From: Macrostomum lignano
Lineage: Eukaryota
Assembly: GCA_002269645.1 (NCBI GenBank)
Contig: NIVC01001128.1
Location: forward strand, 215,810 to 279,809
Length of the DNA stretch: 64,000 bases
Direction of reading: 5' to 3'
Below are positions 26,263-37,000 of this stretch, piece by piece (within the stretch, counting starts at the first letter, position 1; each line of letters opens with the position of its first letter). Both the position numbers and the translations under genes were made by a program. The notes under the pieces were generated by a model. That model was given only the letters and a program-made list of their open reading frames with translations. It did not search any database and was not told the origin of the DNA.

Positions 26263-26869
26263 CCGTCTGTCTGTGTGTCTGCCTGTCTCTCTCTCACAGC
26301 CCTCCTCTCCCCGTTGCCAACTGGCGCAGGTCCGCGCCCACTTCGGCATCGGCATGGGGCAGCCGGCCCGCTGCCCGCTGGGCCAGTGGGACTCGGCCAT
26401 AGACATCGGCATGCTGGCCCGTTCCGCTCGTGGCGAAGGCGAGCGTGGCCTGGAGCTGCTGTGCCGCCTGCTGCTGGCTCGCGTGGCCCTGACCGGCCCC
26501 GGCTGGGCTGCCGACGCAACCGACGACGCCGCTGCGAACTCTTCGTCGACGCCGACTCTGACATCGTCATCGTCCAGACTGGCTGATCCCAAGCTCTGGG
26601 ACTGCCTGCTTCGCTCGGCTTGCAAAACTCGCCAATACCAATTAGCTATTCGCCTATTGGGCTTGGTGTTCGATTCTCCTACTCTGCGGCTGGGTCTGCG
26701 CTCTCTGCCTGCTCTGCTTGAAGCCGCCCTGTCGGCTGTGCTGGAGCAGCCGCAGCTTCTGCGCCAGGCCGTATTCGCCTGCCGAATCAATACGGCCCAA
26801 TTTCCTGCCGGCTTTCTTAGTAAACGATTGCGCGCCGATTTGAAACTGCACGGCGTGTCTATCGAGTGA
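4358..26869 (+). CDS. KNTC1: Kinetochore-associated protein 1 / Rough deal (RZZ complex), 15 coding exons, ~2121 aa
   Basis: Exons 4358-4838, 5111-5860, 7200-7699, 8699-9031, 9156-9535, 12308-12517, 17151-17727, 18810-19253, 20013-20483, 21001-21168, 21909-22186, 23125-23482, 24521-25016, 25767-26116, 26300-26869. All junctions are GT-AG and phase-compatible (6366 nt, stop TGA). C-terminal motifs YEYESIELI, LKRYRRVS, RRLNLFALL..LYKIVNPEL..DTL and YWSRTLSALGI resemble the Rod C-terminal region; length matches KNTC1 (~2200 aa). Confidence 0.88.
4885..5005. repeat. Dispersed 28-bp minisatellite family A (CTCCCAGATCCTCAGTTGCTGGGCCAGC), short array in KNTC1 intron 1
   Basis: About 4 degenerate units; the same unit recurs at 21.2k, 31.9k, 33.4k and 63.7k. 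Confidence 0.85.
5973..7133. repeat. 32-bp minisatellite (ATCCTTCAGTGGCCTGAGCTGCCACCCCTCTG), KNTC1 intron 2
   Basis: About 36 near-identical tandem units read directly from the sequence. Confidence 0.97.
7760..8650. repeat. ~23-bp purine-rich minisatellite (GATCAGGAGTGCTAGATAGGGAG), KNTC1 intron 3
   Basis: Tandem units, more degenerate toward the 5' edge. Confidence 0.93.
9560..12030. repeat. 54/51-bp G-rich minisatellite (GGGAGAGAAATGGGGTGGTGGCTGGGGTTAGTGGCTCATTGGGGGTGGTCTGTA), KNTC1 intron 5
   Basis: ~2.5 kb array with two unit variants; it explains the spurious ORFs at 9554-12066. Confidence 0.97.
12875..13400 (-). mobile_element. Possible LTR remnant adjoining the Bel/Pao fragment
   Basis: Ends in ...ACAACA on the minus strand (TGTTGT at 12875) and has TATA-like and polyA-like motifs; lies directly beside the Bel/Pao coding remnant. 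The other boundary and a partner LTR were not seen. Confidence 0.3.
13405..14070 (-). mobile_element. Decayed Bel/Pao LTR retrotransposon fragment (aspartic protease/DUF1758-like region)
   Basis: Frameshifted peptides ELLDTAINKTYIRQDMSSQL...LRGNTFG (cf. LLDSGSQRSYI...L...TFG) and EPVSLLIGADNF, then LVSWQSPG; these are typical of the Bel/Pao protease region. Confidence 0.65.
14290..14820 (-). mobile_element. Penelope-like element reverse-transcriptase N-terminal fragment (pseudogenised)
   Basis: Minus-strand translation across stops and frameshifts gives KADKGNAVVIM, YQKLDQ, FYLLPKTHK, RPIVS and PTFIKDSYDF, the canonical PLE RT motifs in the correct order. Confidence 0.85.
14864..16090 (-). 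other. Endogenous viral element: pseudogenised RdRp fragment of a dsRNA toti-like virus (Ghabrivirales); core 15376-16009
   Basis: Across two frameshifts: MPSGQRSINYQNIILNVVYF (motif B, SG at ~15925), RINQGDDVWV (motif C, GDD at 15794-15802), GFELRDSKQLSGRGVGELLSVLY (motifs D/E, cf. SKQ...GEFLR), YPLRAVSTFVL and QVLYRRG. Order and spacing match toti-like RdRps. The extension to 14864 and 16090 is tentative. Confidence 0.82.
17880..18700. repeat. ~40-bp minisatellite (TTCAAGATTTATGATTCATATAATTGGGATCTGGGGGGAT), KNTC1 intron 7
   Basis: Tandem units with a variable G-run and optional AT. Confidence 0.95.
19395..19910. repeat. ~49-bp dimeric minisatellite (GAAATCCC-based subunits of ~25 bp), KNTC1 intron 8
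   Basis: Repeats of CTTGAAATCCCACTTGCCCTTCGTTTCCTGGAAATCCCTCTCTCGTTTC, decaying toward the 3' end. Confidence 0.92.
20500..20800. repeat. 25-26-bp minisatellite (ATCCCATCCCAGATCCCATCAATTT), KNTC1 intron 9
   Basis: About 11 tandem units. Confidence 0.92.
21225..21865. repeat. Family A 28/32-bp minisatellite, KNTC1 intron 10
   Basis: Units CTCCCAGAT(C/A)CTCAG(TCAG)TTGCTGGGCCAGC. Confidence 0.95.
22200..22995. repeat. ~23-bp CpG-rich minisatellite (TTCTGAATGCGTGACGCCTCCGA), KNTC1 intron 11
   Basis: Degenerate tandem units. Confidence 0.93.
23495..24068. repeat. 23-bp minisatellite containing TTAGGG (TTTAGGGTGTGTTGTGTCACTCG), KNTC1 intron 12
   Basis: About 24 tandem units. Confidence 0.96.
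24068..24505. repeat. 21-bp minisatellite (GTCACTGATATGATCAATAGT), KNTC1 intron 12
   Basis: About 20 tandem units directly following the 23-mer array. Confidence 0.96.
25110..25700. repeat. 24-bp minisatellite (GATCACTCCTATTAGCTCCCTATA), KNTC1 intron 13
   Basis: Tandem units. Confidence 0.95.
26165..26290. repeat. (CTGT)n microsatellite, KNTC1 intron 14
   Basis: Direct reading of the sequence. Confidence 0.95.
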
Positions 26870-27974
26870 CTCGCTGGCATGTACGTCTGCTAATTATAGT
26901 TTGTAGGTTGCTCTGATTAGTCAACTGGCATTTTAGTTTAGAGTGTAAATCGGAACGTTACAAGGGTTCCTAGTCTTAATAAAGTACATACTGACTAATT
27001 TTAGGGCTTAGTATCTGGTAAAAGTACATTATGAGTATTTCTAGAGATCTTAATACAATAGAAGTACATAATAAATGACTCCACTGATTTAGATGATAAA
27101 AGTACATTCAAAATGTTTCTAGGAATTTGGATCTGGTGAAAGTACAATACTTTCTGAAAGGTCCTAGCGCTTCGGATTTGGTAAAAGTTCATTATGAGTG
27201 GTTCTAAAAATTTCGATTAAAAAATACAATGCAAATAGATCTAGGGTTTTGGGTCCGTTTAAAGTACTTTCTTAGCCATTCTAGGTATTGAGATCTTGTA
27301 AAAGTACGATATAAAGGTAGCCTGGTTTTGAAGGTCTTCTGACTTATTAAAACTACTTTCTTAATAGTTTCAGGACTCTTATTTCTAAAAGTACCCCTTT
27401 GAGCTCCTCTTGAGAGTCTTATTAATTTAGCTATGGGCGCGCAATTGCGATGAAGGAAGTTCTACTTGAGAAAAATTTACCCTGTATCAATATTGTATTA
27501 AGTTTTCCTCAATAGTTTATTAATCTAATCGAAGCATTTCTGCTATTGTAAATGCATTTTTAATTTATTTGGCAATTAATATTCTGTCTCTGATATACCC
27601 AAAGTCACAGCAAATGCATTACATTATTTTTTTGCTAATTTCTGCTCACTCCTAATTTTGTCTGCTTTTGGTGGATATTTTTACACAGTTTTCTTTCGTG
27701 TTACTTTATTGGGTGCTTTATAGTAATAATTTAAATTATTCTTCGTAATTTAATACAATTAATTGTTGCAAATTTTTTTAAATTATTTTTCTATCCATAT
27801 TTTGTCGACAAGTATGGGGCAAATATAATTAATTATATTAGTAATTAAGAGCTACATCTCTGTTTTCGAATTTAAAATGCACTTTTTATGTTACTTTTAG
27901 TGTGTATATAGAAATAGCTGATTAATTATGAATAACTTTTGTCAGTCAAGTTAATTAGTCAAGTCAAGTCAACT

Positions 27975-28460
27975 TAAGCCTGCACTCAGCCATAGACAAT
28001 AAAGGCAATCAAAGCCACCGCCACAGAACTGCACTCGGCCATAGACAATAAAGCCAATCAAAGCCACTGCCGCAGAACTGCACTCGGCCATAGACAATAA
28101 AGCCAATCAAAGCCACTGCCGCAGAACTGCACTCGGCCATAGACAATAAAGCCAATCAAAGCCACTGCCGCAGAACTGCACTCGGCCATAGACAATAAAG
28201 CCAATCAAAGCCACTGCCACAGAACTGCACTCGACCATAGACAATAAAGCCAATCAAAGCCACCGCCACAGAACTGCACTCGGCCATAGACAATAAAGCC
28301 AATCAAAGCCACTGCCGCAGAACTGCACTCGGCCATAGACAATAAAGCCAATCAAAGCCACCGCCACAGAACTGCACTCGGCCATAGACAATAAAGCCAA
28401 TCAAAGCCACTGCCACAGAACTGCACTCGGCCATAGAAAATAAAGCCAATTAAAGCCACT
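27975..28460. repeat. 49-bp minisatellite (ACTGCACTCGGCCATAGACAATAAAGCCAATCAAAGCCACTGCCGCAGA) upstream of the ACAD coding exons
   Basis: About 9-10 units with a period of 49 (28028 to 28077). Confidence 0.95.
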
Positions 28461-28497
28461 GCGTAGAATATACTATTTTCCGTACGTATCATTCCAG

Positions 28498-31400
28498 GCT
28501 TCATTATCTTTTACTGTTGGCCGCAGTTTTCTATGCCGGCCTGTTGTGCCGTACTCGTCTGTGAGCAATGCTATGAGGCGGTCATTGTCTAGCGGTGAGT
28601 CTGATTTATTGAGTTGCTGTTTGGTGGATTATGAATCTTGAGTAAGGACGTATAGTTGGTAATTTTGTTCCTTTGTTCCTTAAAGGGAAGCCGGTAGACA
28701 TGGTTGTGAAGCTGACAGATAGGAGGGGAAGCTGACACAGACACAGTGGGGAATCTGACACTGACACAGTGCGGAAGCTGACTCAGACACGAAGGGAAAG
28801 CTGACACTGACACAAAGGGGAAGCTGACGCAGACACAGTGGGGAAGCTGACACAGACACGAAGGGAAAGCTGACACTGACACAGTGGGGAAGCTGACAGA
28901 CACGAAGGGAAAGCTGACACAGACACGAAGGGAAAGCTGACACAGACACGAAGGGAAAGCTGACACACACGAAGGGAAAGCTGACACTGACACAGTGGGG
29001 AAGCTGACACAGACACGAAGGGAAAGCTGACACAGACACAGTGGGGAAGCTGACACTGACGCAAAGGGAAAGCTGACACAGACACAGTGGGGAAGCTGAC
29101 ACTGACACAGTGCGGAAGCTGACACAGACACAGTGGGGAAGCTGACACTGACGCAAAGGGAAAGCTGACACAGACACAGTGGGGAAGCTGACACTGACAC
29201 AGTGCGGAAGCTGACACAGACACGAAGGGAAAGCTGACACTGACACAAAGGGGAAGCTGACACAGAGACAGTGGGGAAGCTGACACAGACACGAAGAGAA
29301 AGCTGACACTGACACAGACACGAAGAGAAAGCTGACACTGACACAGACACAGGGGGTATCTGACACAGACACGAAGGGAAAGCTGACACAGACACAAAGG
29401 GGAAGCTGACACAGACACGAAGGGAAAGCTGAGACTGACACAAAGGGGAAGCTGACACAGACACAGTGGGGAAGCTGACACAGACACAGGGGGAAGCTGA
29501 CACAGACACGAAGGGAAAGCTAACACTGACACAAAGGGGAAGCTGACACAGACACAGTGGGGAAGCTGACACAGACACAAAGGGGAAGCTGACACAGACA
29601 CGAAGGGAAAGCTGAGACTGACACAAAGGGGAAGCTGACACAGACACAGTGGGGAAGCTGACACAGACACAGGGGGAAGCTGACACAGACACGAAGGGAA
29701 AGCTAACACTGACACAAAGGGGAAGCTGACACAGACACAGTGGGGAAGCTGACACAGACACAGGGGGAAGCTGACACTGACACGAAGGGAAAGCTGACAC
29801 AGACACAGTGGGGAAGCTGACACAGACACAAAGGGGAAGCTGACACTGACACAGTGGGAAAGCTGACACAAACACGGAGAGTAGGCTAGTAGAGACAAGA
29901 AGAAAAGCCAACAGAACCTCAAACCCGGTCACCTCCAGCATCCCCCATGAGCGGCAGCGATGCCTCGGCCGAGCCCAACACTGACAAGCTGTTCACAGCC
30001 GAGCACGAAGCGATGCGTTCCACTCTTCGTCGAATAATCGAACAGGATATTAATCCCTACGTTGACGAATGGGAGGCTAAAGAGATCTTTCCAGCTAAAC
30101 AATTATTTAAGAAATTAGGCAACGCCGGCCTGCTAGGAGTTACTAGGCCGGTAGAGTACGGCGGCCTTGGCTTAGATTATTCCTACTCGGTAGCTCTGGC
30201 TGAAGAGTACGGCAGAGTGAACTGCGGCGGCGTGCCCATGGCGATCGGCGTACAGAGCGACATGGCAACCCCGGCTCTGGCTAGATTCGGATCGCACGAA
30301 TTGAAGGAACAATTTCTTAGGCCATCTATTGCCGGAGATCTGGTAGCCTGTCTGGGCGTCAGCGAGCCAACAGCTGGTAGCGATGTGGCTTCGATTAAGA
30401 CTACGGCGAGGAGAGATGGTGACGATTTGGTGAGTGACAGGCATTGGGAATCGCCTCCTGACTGGCTTTGAGAATCGCCTCTTGACGGGCTTTGAGAATC
30501 GCCTACTGACAGGCTTTAAGAATCGCCTACTGACGGGCTTTGAGAATCGCCTCTTGACAGGCTTTGAGAATCGTCTCTTGACGGGCTTTAAGAATCGCCT
30601 CTTGACAGGCTTTGAGAATCGTCTCTTGACGGGCTTTAAGAATCGCCTCTTGACAGGCGTTGAGAATCGTCTCTTGACGGGCTTTGAGAATCGCCTACTG
30701 ACGGGCTTTGAGAAACGTCTCTTGACGGGCTTTGAAAATCGTCTCTTGACGGGCTTTGAGAATCGCCTACTGACGGGCTTTGAGAATCGCCTCTTGACGG
30801 GCTTTGAGAATCGCGTACTGACGACGGGCTTTGAGAATCGCCTCTTGACGGGCTTTGAAAATCGCCTCCTGGTGGACATTGAAAATCGCCTACTGGTGGA
30901 CATTGAAAATCGCCTCCTGGTGGTCATTGAAAATCGCCTTCTGGTGGACATGGAGAATCGCCTCCTGGTGGATATTAAGAATCGCCTCCTGGTGGAGATT
31001 GAGAATCGCCTCCTGGTATTCGTTGAGAATCGCCCCTTCTTGACAGGCATTGAGAACCGCCTCTTCTTGACAGGCATTGAGAACCGCCTCTTCTTGACAG
31101 GCATTGAGAACCGCCTCTTCTTGACAGGCATTGAGAACCGCCTCTTCTTGACAGGCATTGAGAACCGCCTCTTCTTGACAGGCATTGAGAACCGCCTCTT
31201 CTTGACAGGCATTGAGAACCGCCTCTTCTTGACAGGCATTGAGAACCGCCTCTTCTTGACAGGCATTGAGAACCGCCTCTTCTTGACAGGCATTGAGAAC
31301 CGCCTCTTCTTGACAGGCATTGAAAATAGCTTATTTGATAGGCATTCAGAATCATTACTTTATGTAAAACACAATATTAACTAATCTTGGAACTGCAGAA

Positions 31401-32853
31401 ATTCTAATATAAATTAATAGTGCTTAACTAATAAGACCGCTTTGGAATGCCTTGAAATCCTTCTTAAAAATCCTCTTAAATCGCTGTCAATCAGGTTATC
31501 AACGGCAGCAAGATGTGGATCACCAGCGGTATGCAGGCGGACTGGATGTGCCTTCTAGCCAACACCGAGGCGTCGGTGAAAGATCCCTATCTGTCCAAAT
31601 CCCTAATCTGCCTGCCGCTAGACTTGCCCGGTGTTCAACGCGCTCGCAAGATCCGCAAAATCGGTATGCACAGCTCGGACACTGCTCAGTTATTCTTCGA
31701 GAATGTCCGAGTACCAGCCAGCTACCTTATTGGCGAGCCTGGTCAGGGATTCATTTACCAGATGCTGCAGTTTCAGGAGGAGCGACTGTTTGGGGCAGCT
31801 GCTAACCTGCTGGGCCTGGAGCTTATCATTCAGGTGCGAAATTCAAAGCTATTGATAGCCATCACACCTGCCAGATCCCCAGTTGCTGGGCCAGCCTGCC
31901 AAATCCTCAGTTGCTGGGCCAGCCCCCCAGATCCTCAGTTGCTGGGCCAGCCCCCCAGATCCTCAGTTGCTGGGCCAGGCACTTAGATTTTCAGTTGCTG
32001 GGCCAGCCTCCCAGAGTGTCAGTTGCTGGGCCAGCCTCCCAGAGTGTCAGTTACTGGGCCAGCCTCCCAGATCCCCAGTTTCCGAGCCAGCCTCCCAGAT
32101 CCTGAGTTGCTGGGCCAGCCTGCCAGATCTCCAGTTGCTGGGCCAGCCTCCCAGATCCTCAGTCAGTTACTGGGCCAGCCTCCCAGATCCTCAGTCAGTT
32201 ACTGGGCCAGCCTCCCAGATCCTCAGTCAGTTACTGGGCCAGCCTCCCAGATCCTCAGTCAGTTACTGGGCCAGCCTCCCAGATCCTCAGTCAGTTACTG
32301 GGCCAGCCTCCCAGATCCTCAGTCAGTTACTGGGCCAGCCTCCCAGATCCTCAGTCAGTTACTGGGCCAGCCTCTCAGATCCTCAGTCAGTTACTGGGCC
32401 AGACTTCCAGTGTGTCAGTTGCTGGTCCAGCCTCCCAGATCCTCAGTTTATCCACACCATAAACTACAGGAAACCGCTGAATACGCCCGTCAGCGCAAAG
32501 CCTTCGGCCAGTCTCTGCTAGACTTTCAAACTGTTCATTTTCGTCTGGCCGAACTGCTCACAGAAGTTGAGCTTCTTCGCTCAATGGTTTATCGAGCCAC
32601 GGCCAAGTACGTTGCCGGCAATGACGTCACTATGCTGGCCTCTATGGCCAAACTCAAAGCTGGCCGGCTTGTACGCGAAGTGACGGACAGCTGCCTGCAG
32701 TACTGGGGCGGCATGGGCTTCACTGACGAGGTTCGGGTTAGCCGATTCTATCGCGACGGTCGACTGCTGTCTATCGGGGCTGGCGCTGACGAAGTGATGC
32801 TGTCAATCATTTGCAAGTACATGCGCACTCTGCCTAAGCCGCCGAAGAAATGA
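28498..32853 (+). CDS. Mitochondrial acyl-CoA dehydrogenase, LCAD/IVD-type (acdh-6-like), ~411-437 aa
   Basis: Exons 28498(or ATG 28573)-28594, 29939-30429, 31495-31833 and 32470-32853 are phase-compatible. Motifs: GLLG, ACLGVSEPTAGSDVASIKT, INGSKMWIT, KIGMHSSDTAQLFFENVRVP, QFQEERL, RKAFGQ, CLQYWGGMGF, SIGAGADEVM. The Glu in EERL and its absence at the MCAD IYEGT position indicate the LCAD/IVD type. The start is uncertain. Confidence 0.9.
28725..29875. repeat. Composite 23-29-bp GACAC-rich minisatellite (GGGAAGCTGACACAGACACA...), ACAD intron
   Basis: Tandem variants inside intron 28595-29938; it causes the spurious minus-strand ORFs at 28589-29941. Confidence 0.95.
30440..31330. repeat. 24-bp then 27-bp graded minisatellite (GAGAATCGCCTCTTGACGGGCTTT to GAGAACCGCCTCTTCTTGACAGGCATT), ACAD intron
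   Basis: Three successive unit types within intron 30430-31494. Confidence 0.96.
31865..32445. repeat. Family A minisatellite, last ACAD intron
   Basis: Same 28/32-bp unit as in KNTC1 introns 1 and 10. Confidence 0.95.
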
Positions 32854-33424
32854 TGAAGAATCAGTAAGTAGCTTACGGTTATTATTGAGTACTATTAGGC
32901 GAATAAATATTGTATTTTTTCTCCATTTTTTTAGAAACTTTTCCTATAATGTTCGATGCTTCTACTGAGTGACGTAATTTGTTAGTAGTAAATTGGATTT
33001 TTCTGACAAATTACGTTTTTTGTAATTTATTCTTATCTCTAATAGTTTTGAAATCATGTGCAGTAGAATCTAACCGTTCTAATTCCTTTAAACTATCGTG
33101 TCAATTTTTAAATCATTTTTACGAGTGTGTACCTGCAATCTTGCATGCCCGTATAGATATGCTTTGGGTGATTTAAATGTCTGGTGCTTTAAAAGTGAAT
33201 ATGCTACTACTTATTAGTATATTGTGATAAATGTAACTTTATCTTTTCTAATTTGCGAATAAAGATGTTGCCGTAATCAAATCGAATTTTAACTGTGTCA
33301 AAAAATTATTAAGCACTGTTCATTTCTTAGAAATCAAAGAAATCTGAGTAAGGATTAAGGTTAGGATTAAAATTTTGTCAGCACCTAAAGTTTTAATTTG
33401 ATACAAAGGGTAGCGTTCGCTTAG

Positions 33425-33790
33425 CAACTAGGAGGCTGGCCTAGCAACTGAGGATCTGGAAGGCTGGAATAGCAACTGAGGATCTAAGAGGCTGGAACAG
33501 CAACTGAGGATCTGGGAGGCTAGCCCAGCAACTGAGGATCTGGGAGGCTGGCCCAGCAGCTGAGGATCTGGGAGGCTGGCCCAGCAACTGAGGATCTAAG
33601 AGGCTGGCCCAGCAACTGAGGATCTGGGAGGCTGGCCCAGCAACTGAGGATCTGGGAGGCTGGCCCAGCAACTGAGGATCTGGGAGGCTGGCCCAGCAGC
33701 TGAGGATTTGGGAGGCTGGCCCAGCAACTGAGGATCTGGGAGGCTGGCCCAGCAACTGAGGATCTGGGAGGATTGTGGCCCAGCAACTGA
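33425..33790. repeat. Family A minisatellite in reverse orientation, between ACAD and WDR37
   Basis: GCTGGCCCAGCAACTGAGGATCTGGGAG is the reverse complement of family A. Confidence 0.95.
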
Positions 33791-34031
33791 CAATCGGAGG
33801 CCCACTTTTGAATTCTAGTGAACTAAAATAAAGTCAGCCTTTAGAATGGTTTTACAATATTATAATGGTATAATTATTAAAAATTCGCTATTTACACTTT
33901 ATGCTTCTATATTTTGAAAGAATTCACTAACTGAGTCACAACTATTAAAAGATTCTGACGCGCTCGTCCAGCATCTGGGCATATTGTGTTAACACAGGTG
34001 ACATTGAGGCACGGTTGGCCATCGCCTGTAG

Positions 34032-37000
34032 ATGTCCAGCGAAGAGAGCAGCGGCGGAGGGGGCGGCGGCGGCTACGGTCACAGGGCTGCGGTGCCGCAG
34101 CAGCAACTGTTGGATCGGAAACGGCTGACTTCCGGTCTGGATTCTTCTGGCGGCGCTTCCGGCGTCAGGAGCGGCGGCGGTGGCGGAGGCAGCGGAGCCG
34201 GCGAAATGGGCGGCCTCACGCCGGAGTTTCGAGTGAAATTTCACAAGATTATGGGTCAGCTGGAGACCGAAATTGAGAAAGAGATTCGGAGGCAGGTGCG
34301 TTACAGGTGTCTGGCACAGGTGTGGCTCAGGTGTGTTAGACTGGCACAGGTGTGTCTGGGACTGGAACAGGTGTGTCTGGACTGGAGCAGGTGTGTCTGG
34401 ACTGGCGTAGGTGTGTCTGGACTGGCACAGGTGTTTTTGGACTGGCACAGGTGTGTCTGGACTGGCTCATGTGTGTCTGGACTGGCACAAGTGTGTCTGG
34501 ACTGGCACAGGTGTGTCTGGACTGGCTCATGTGTGTCTGGACTGGCTCAGGTGTGTCTTGACTGGCTCATGTGTGTCTGGACTGGCACAAGTGTGTCTGG
34601 ACTGGCACAGGTGTGTCTGGACTGGCTCATGTGTGTCTGGACTGGCTCAGGTGTGTCTTGACTGGCACAGGTGTGTCTGGACTGGCTCAGGTGTGTCTTG
34701 ACTGGCACAGGTGTGTCTGGGACTGGCACAGGTGTGTCTGGACTGGCACAGGTGTGTTCGGACTGGCACAGGTGTGTCTGGGACTGGCACTGGTGTGTCT
34801 TGACTGGCTCAGGTGTCTGGGACTGGCACTGGCGTGTCTGGACTGGCACAGGCGTGTTCGGACTGGTACAAGGTGTGTTCTAGTTGCTCAAAAGTAGTAG
34901 GTACAGTTACGGGTATGACACAAAAGCAGGTTTATGACCATTGCTGCTTCAAGGTATTTTATACAGATAAAACTACATAGTTAAACTGTGCTAATCCCCC
35001 ATCATCAATCCGCAGGTGCGCCAGCAGTTGAGCCGACTCGACAAGCAGCAGGCGGACCAGCCAGACGGCAACGAATTGGCCGGAGAGTCGGCCAACAGAA
35101 AATTGACCGCCACTCAGCAGCATCAGCAGCAGCCCCATCAGCAGCAACAACAGCAGCAGAATGCAATCTACCAAAGAATCAAAGCTCAGTACAAGCAGCA
35201 GACCAATAGAATCGTGTCCAGTCTGCGCCCTGTATTGCCCTCGCAGCACTGCCAGTTTGTCACCAGGCTGCTGGGTCACACCGACGGCGTCTGGGGCCTG
35301 TCGGCTTTCCCGCGAAGGAATCTCGTGGCCAGCTGCTCGGCTGACGGCACCGCGAGAGTCTGGCTGTGCAACGATCGGGACAGCTGCTGTCTGATCGAGT
35401 ATCGGGGCCACGCCGGCTCGGTTAATTCCGTTCGGTTTCATCCTTCGTCTGATATTCTATTGACGGCTTCTGGCGATACGGCGGCCCACCTGATCCGGCT
35501 ACCCAGCCACGATTTGCCCGCTTCCGCTTCCGCCTCTGTTGGCGGCTCCGAGCCCTGCAAAGTGATTAGCGAGCCGGCTCTGGTGCTGTCCGGTGAGCGA
35601 GGGCTGGCGGCTTGTCTAATTGGAATGCTTTTGTTCCTTGACAGTTTATATTGATCGCTTATATAATTCTGGTAATTGATTGATTGAGTGATCGATTGAT
35701 TGATTGATTAGAGTATTGATTGGTGGATTGATTGATTTATTGATTGATTAGAGTATTGATTGATTGATTAGAGTATTGATTGATTGGTGGATTTATTGAT
35801 TGATTGATTAGAGTATTGACTGATTGGTGGATTTATTGATTGATTGATTAGAGTATTGATTGATTGGTGGATTGATTTATTGATTGATTAGAGTATTGAT
35901 TGGTTGATTGATTGATTGATTAGCCATCTCTCTGCTCCTCCCGCCCGCCCAGGCCACCACACGGCGCCCGTGATCGGTGCGGATTTCATCTCCGGCTGCG
36001 AGGTGGTGACGGGCTCCTGGGATCGGGTCTGCCCCATGGCCCTGTGGAGCGCCGAGACTGGCAAACTGATTCGCATCTACGAGGGCCACGAGGACATCAT
36101 CACCGGGGTGGCCTGTCATCCCGGTAGGCGGCTGGCTCTGACTAGCAGCAAAGATGGCTACTTCGGCCTTTGGGACCTCAATATGGGAGAGCCGGTGAGT
36201 GAGCGAGTTCCACTTGTCACCTAAATCCTAGTTTTGTCACCCAAGTTTCTTTTCTGTTTCCTGAATTCCACTTTTGTCACATAGATTCCACTTTGTGACA
36301 GATTCCGCTTTTGTCACATAGATTCCACTTTTGTGACAGATTCCGCTTTTGTCACATAGATTCCACTTGTGTCACATAGATTCCACTTGTGTCACATAGA
36401 TTCCACTTGTGTCACATAGATTCCACTTGTGTCACATAGATTCCACTTTTGTCACATAGATTCCACTTTTGTCACATAGATTCCACTTTTGTCACATAGA
36501 TTCTGATTTTGTCACATAGATTCCACTTGTGTCATATAGATTCTACTTTTGTCACATAGATTCTGCTTTTGTCACATAGATTCCACTTGTGTCACATAGA
36601 TTCTACTTTTGTCACATAGATTCTGCTTTTGTCACATAGATTCCACTTTTTCACATAGATTCCACTTTTTTCACATAGATTCCACTTTTTTCACATAGAT
36701 TCCACTTTTTTCACATAGATTCCACTTTTGTCACATAGATTCCACTTTTGTCACATAGATTCTGATTTTGTCACATAGATTCCACTTTTTTCACATAGAT
36801 TCCACTTTTGTCACCTAGATTCCAGTTCTGTCACCCAAATTCCATTTTTGGCTAATTTTAAAAAATCTATGTATGATTAGAGCCGATATGTATCGATGAT
36901 AAATCTGTCCATTGCCTCAGGTGGATTTGCACCTGCACCGCGCTCACTCTGGCGCCGTCACCTGCGCCGCATTCGCCGGTCCGGAGCGAATCGTTAGCGG

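Noticed and set aside
26975-27400. Degenerate AAAAGTACA-anchored ~45-bp periodicity downstream of KNTC1
   Set aside because: Probably an old decayed tandem repeat; the unit and boundaries cannot be defined reliably.
27945-27972. (AAGTC)n run resembling the LINE tail at 58111
   Set aside because: Too short, with no adjacent LINE 3' sequence or TSD.
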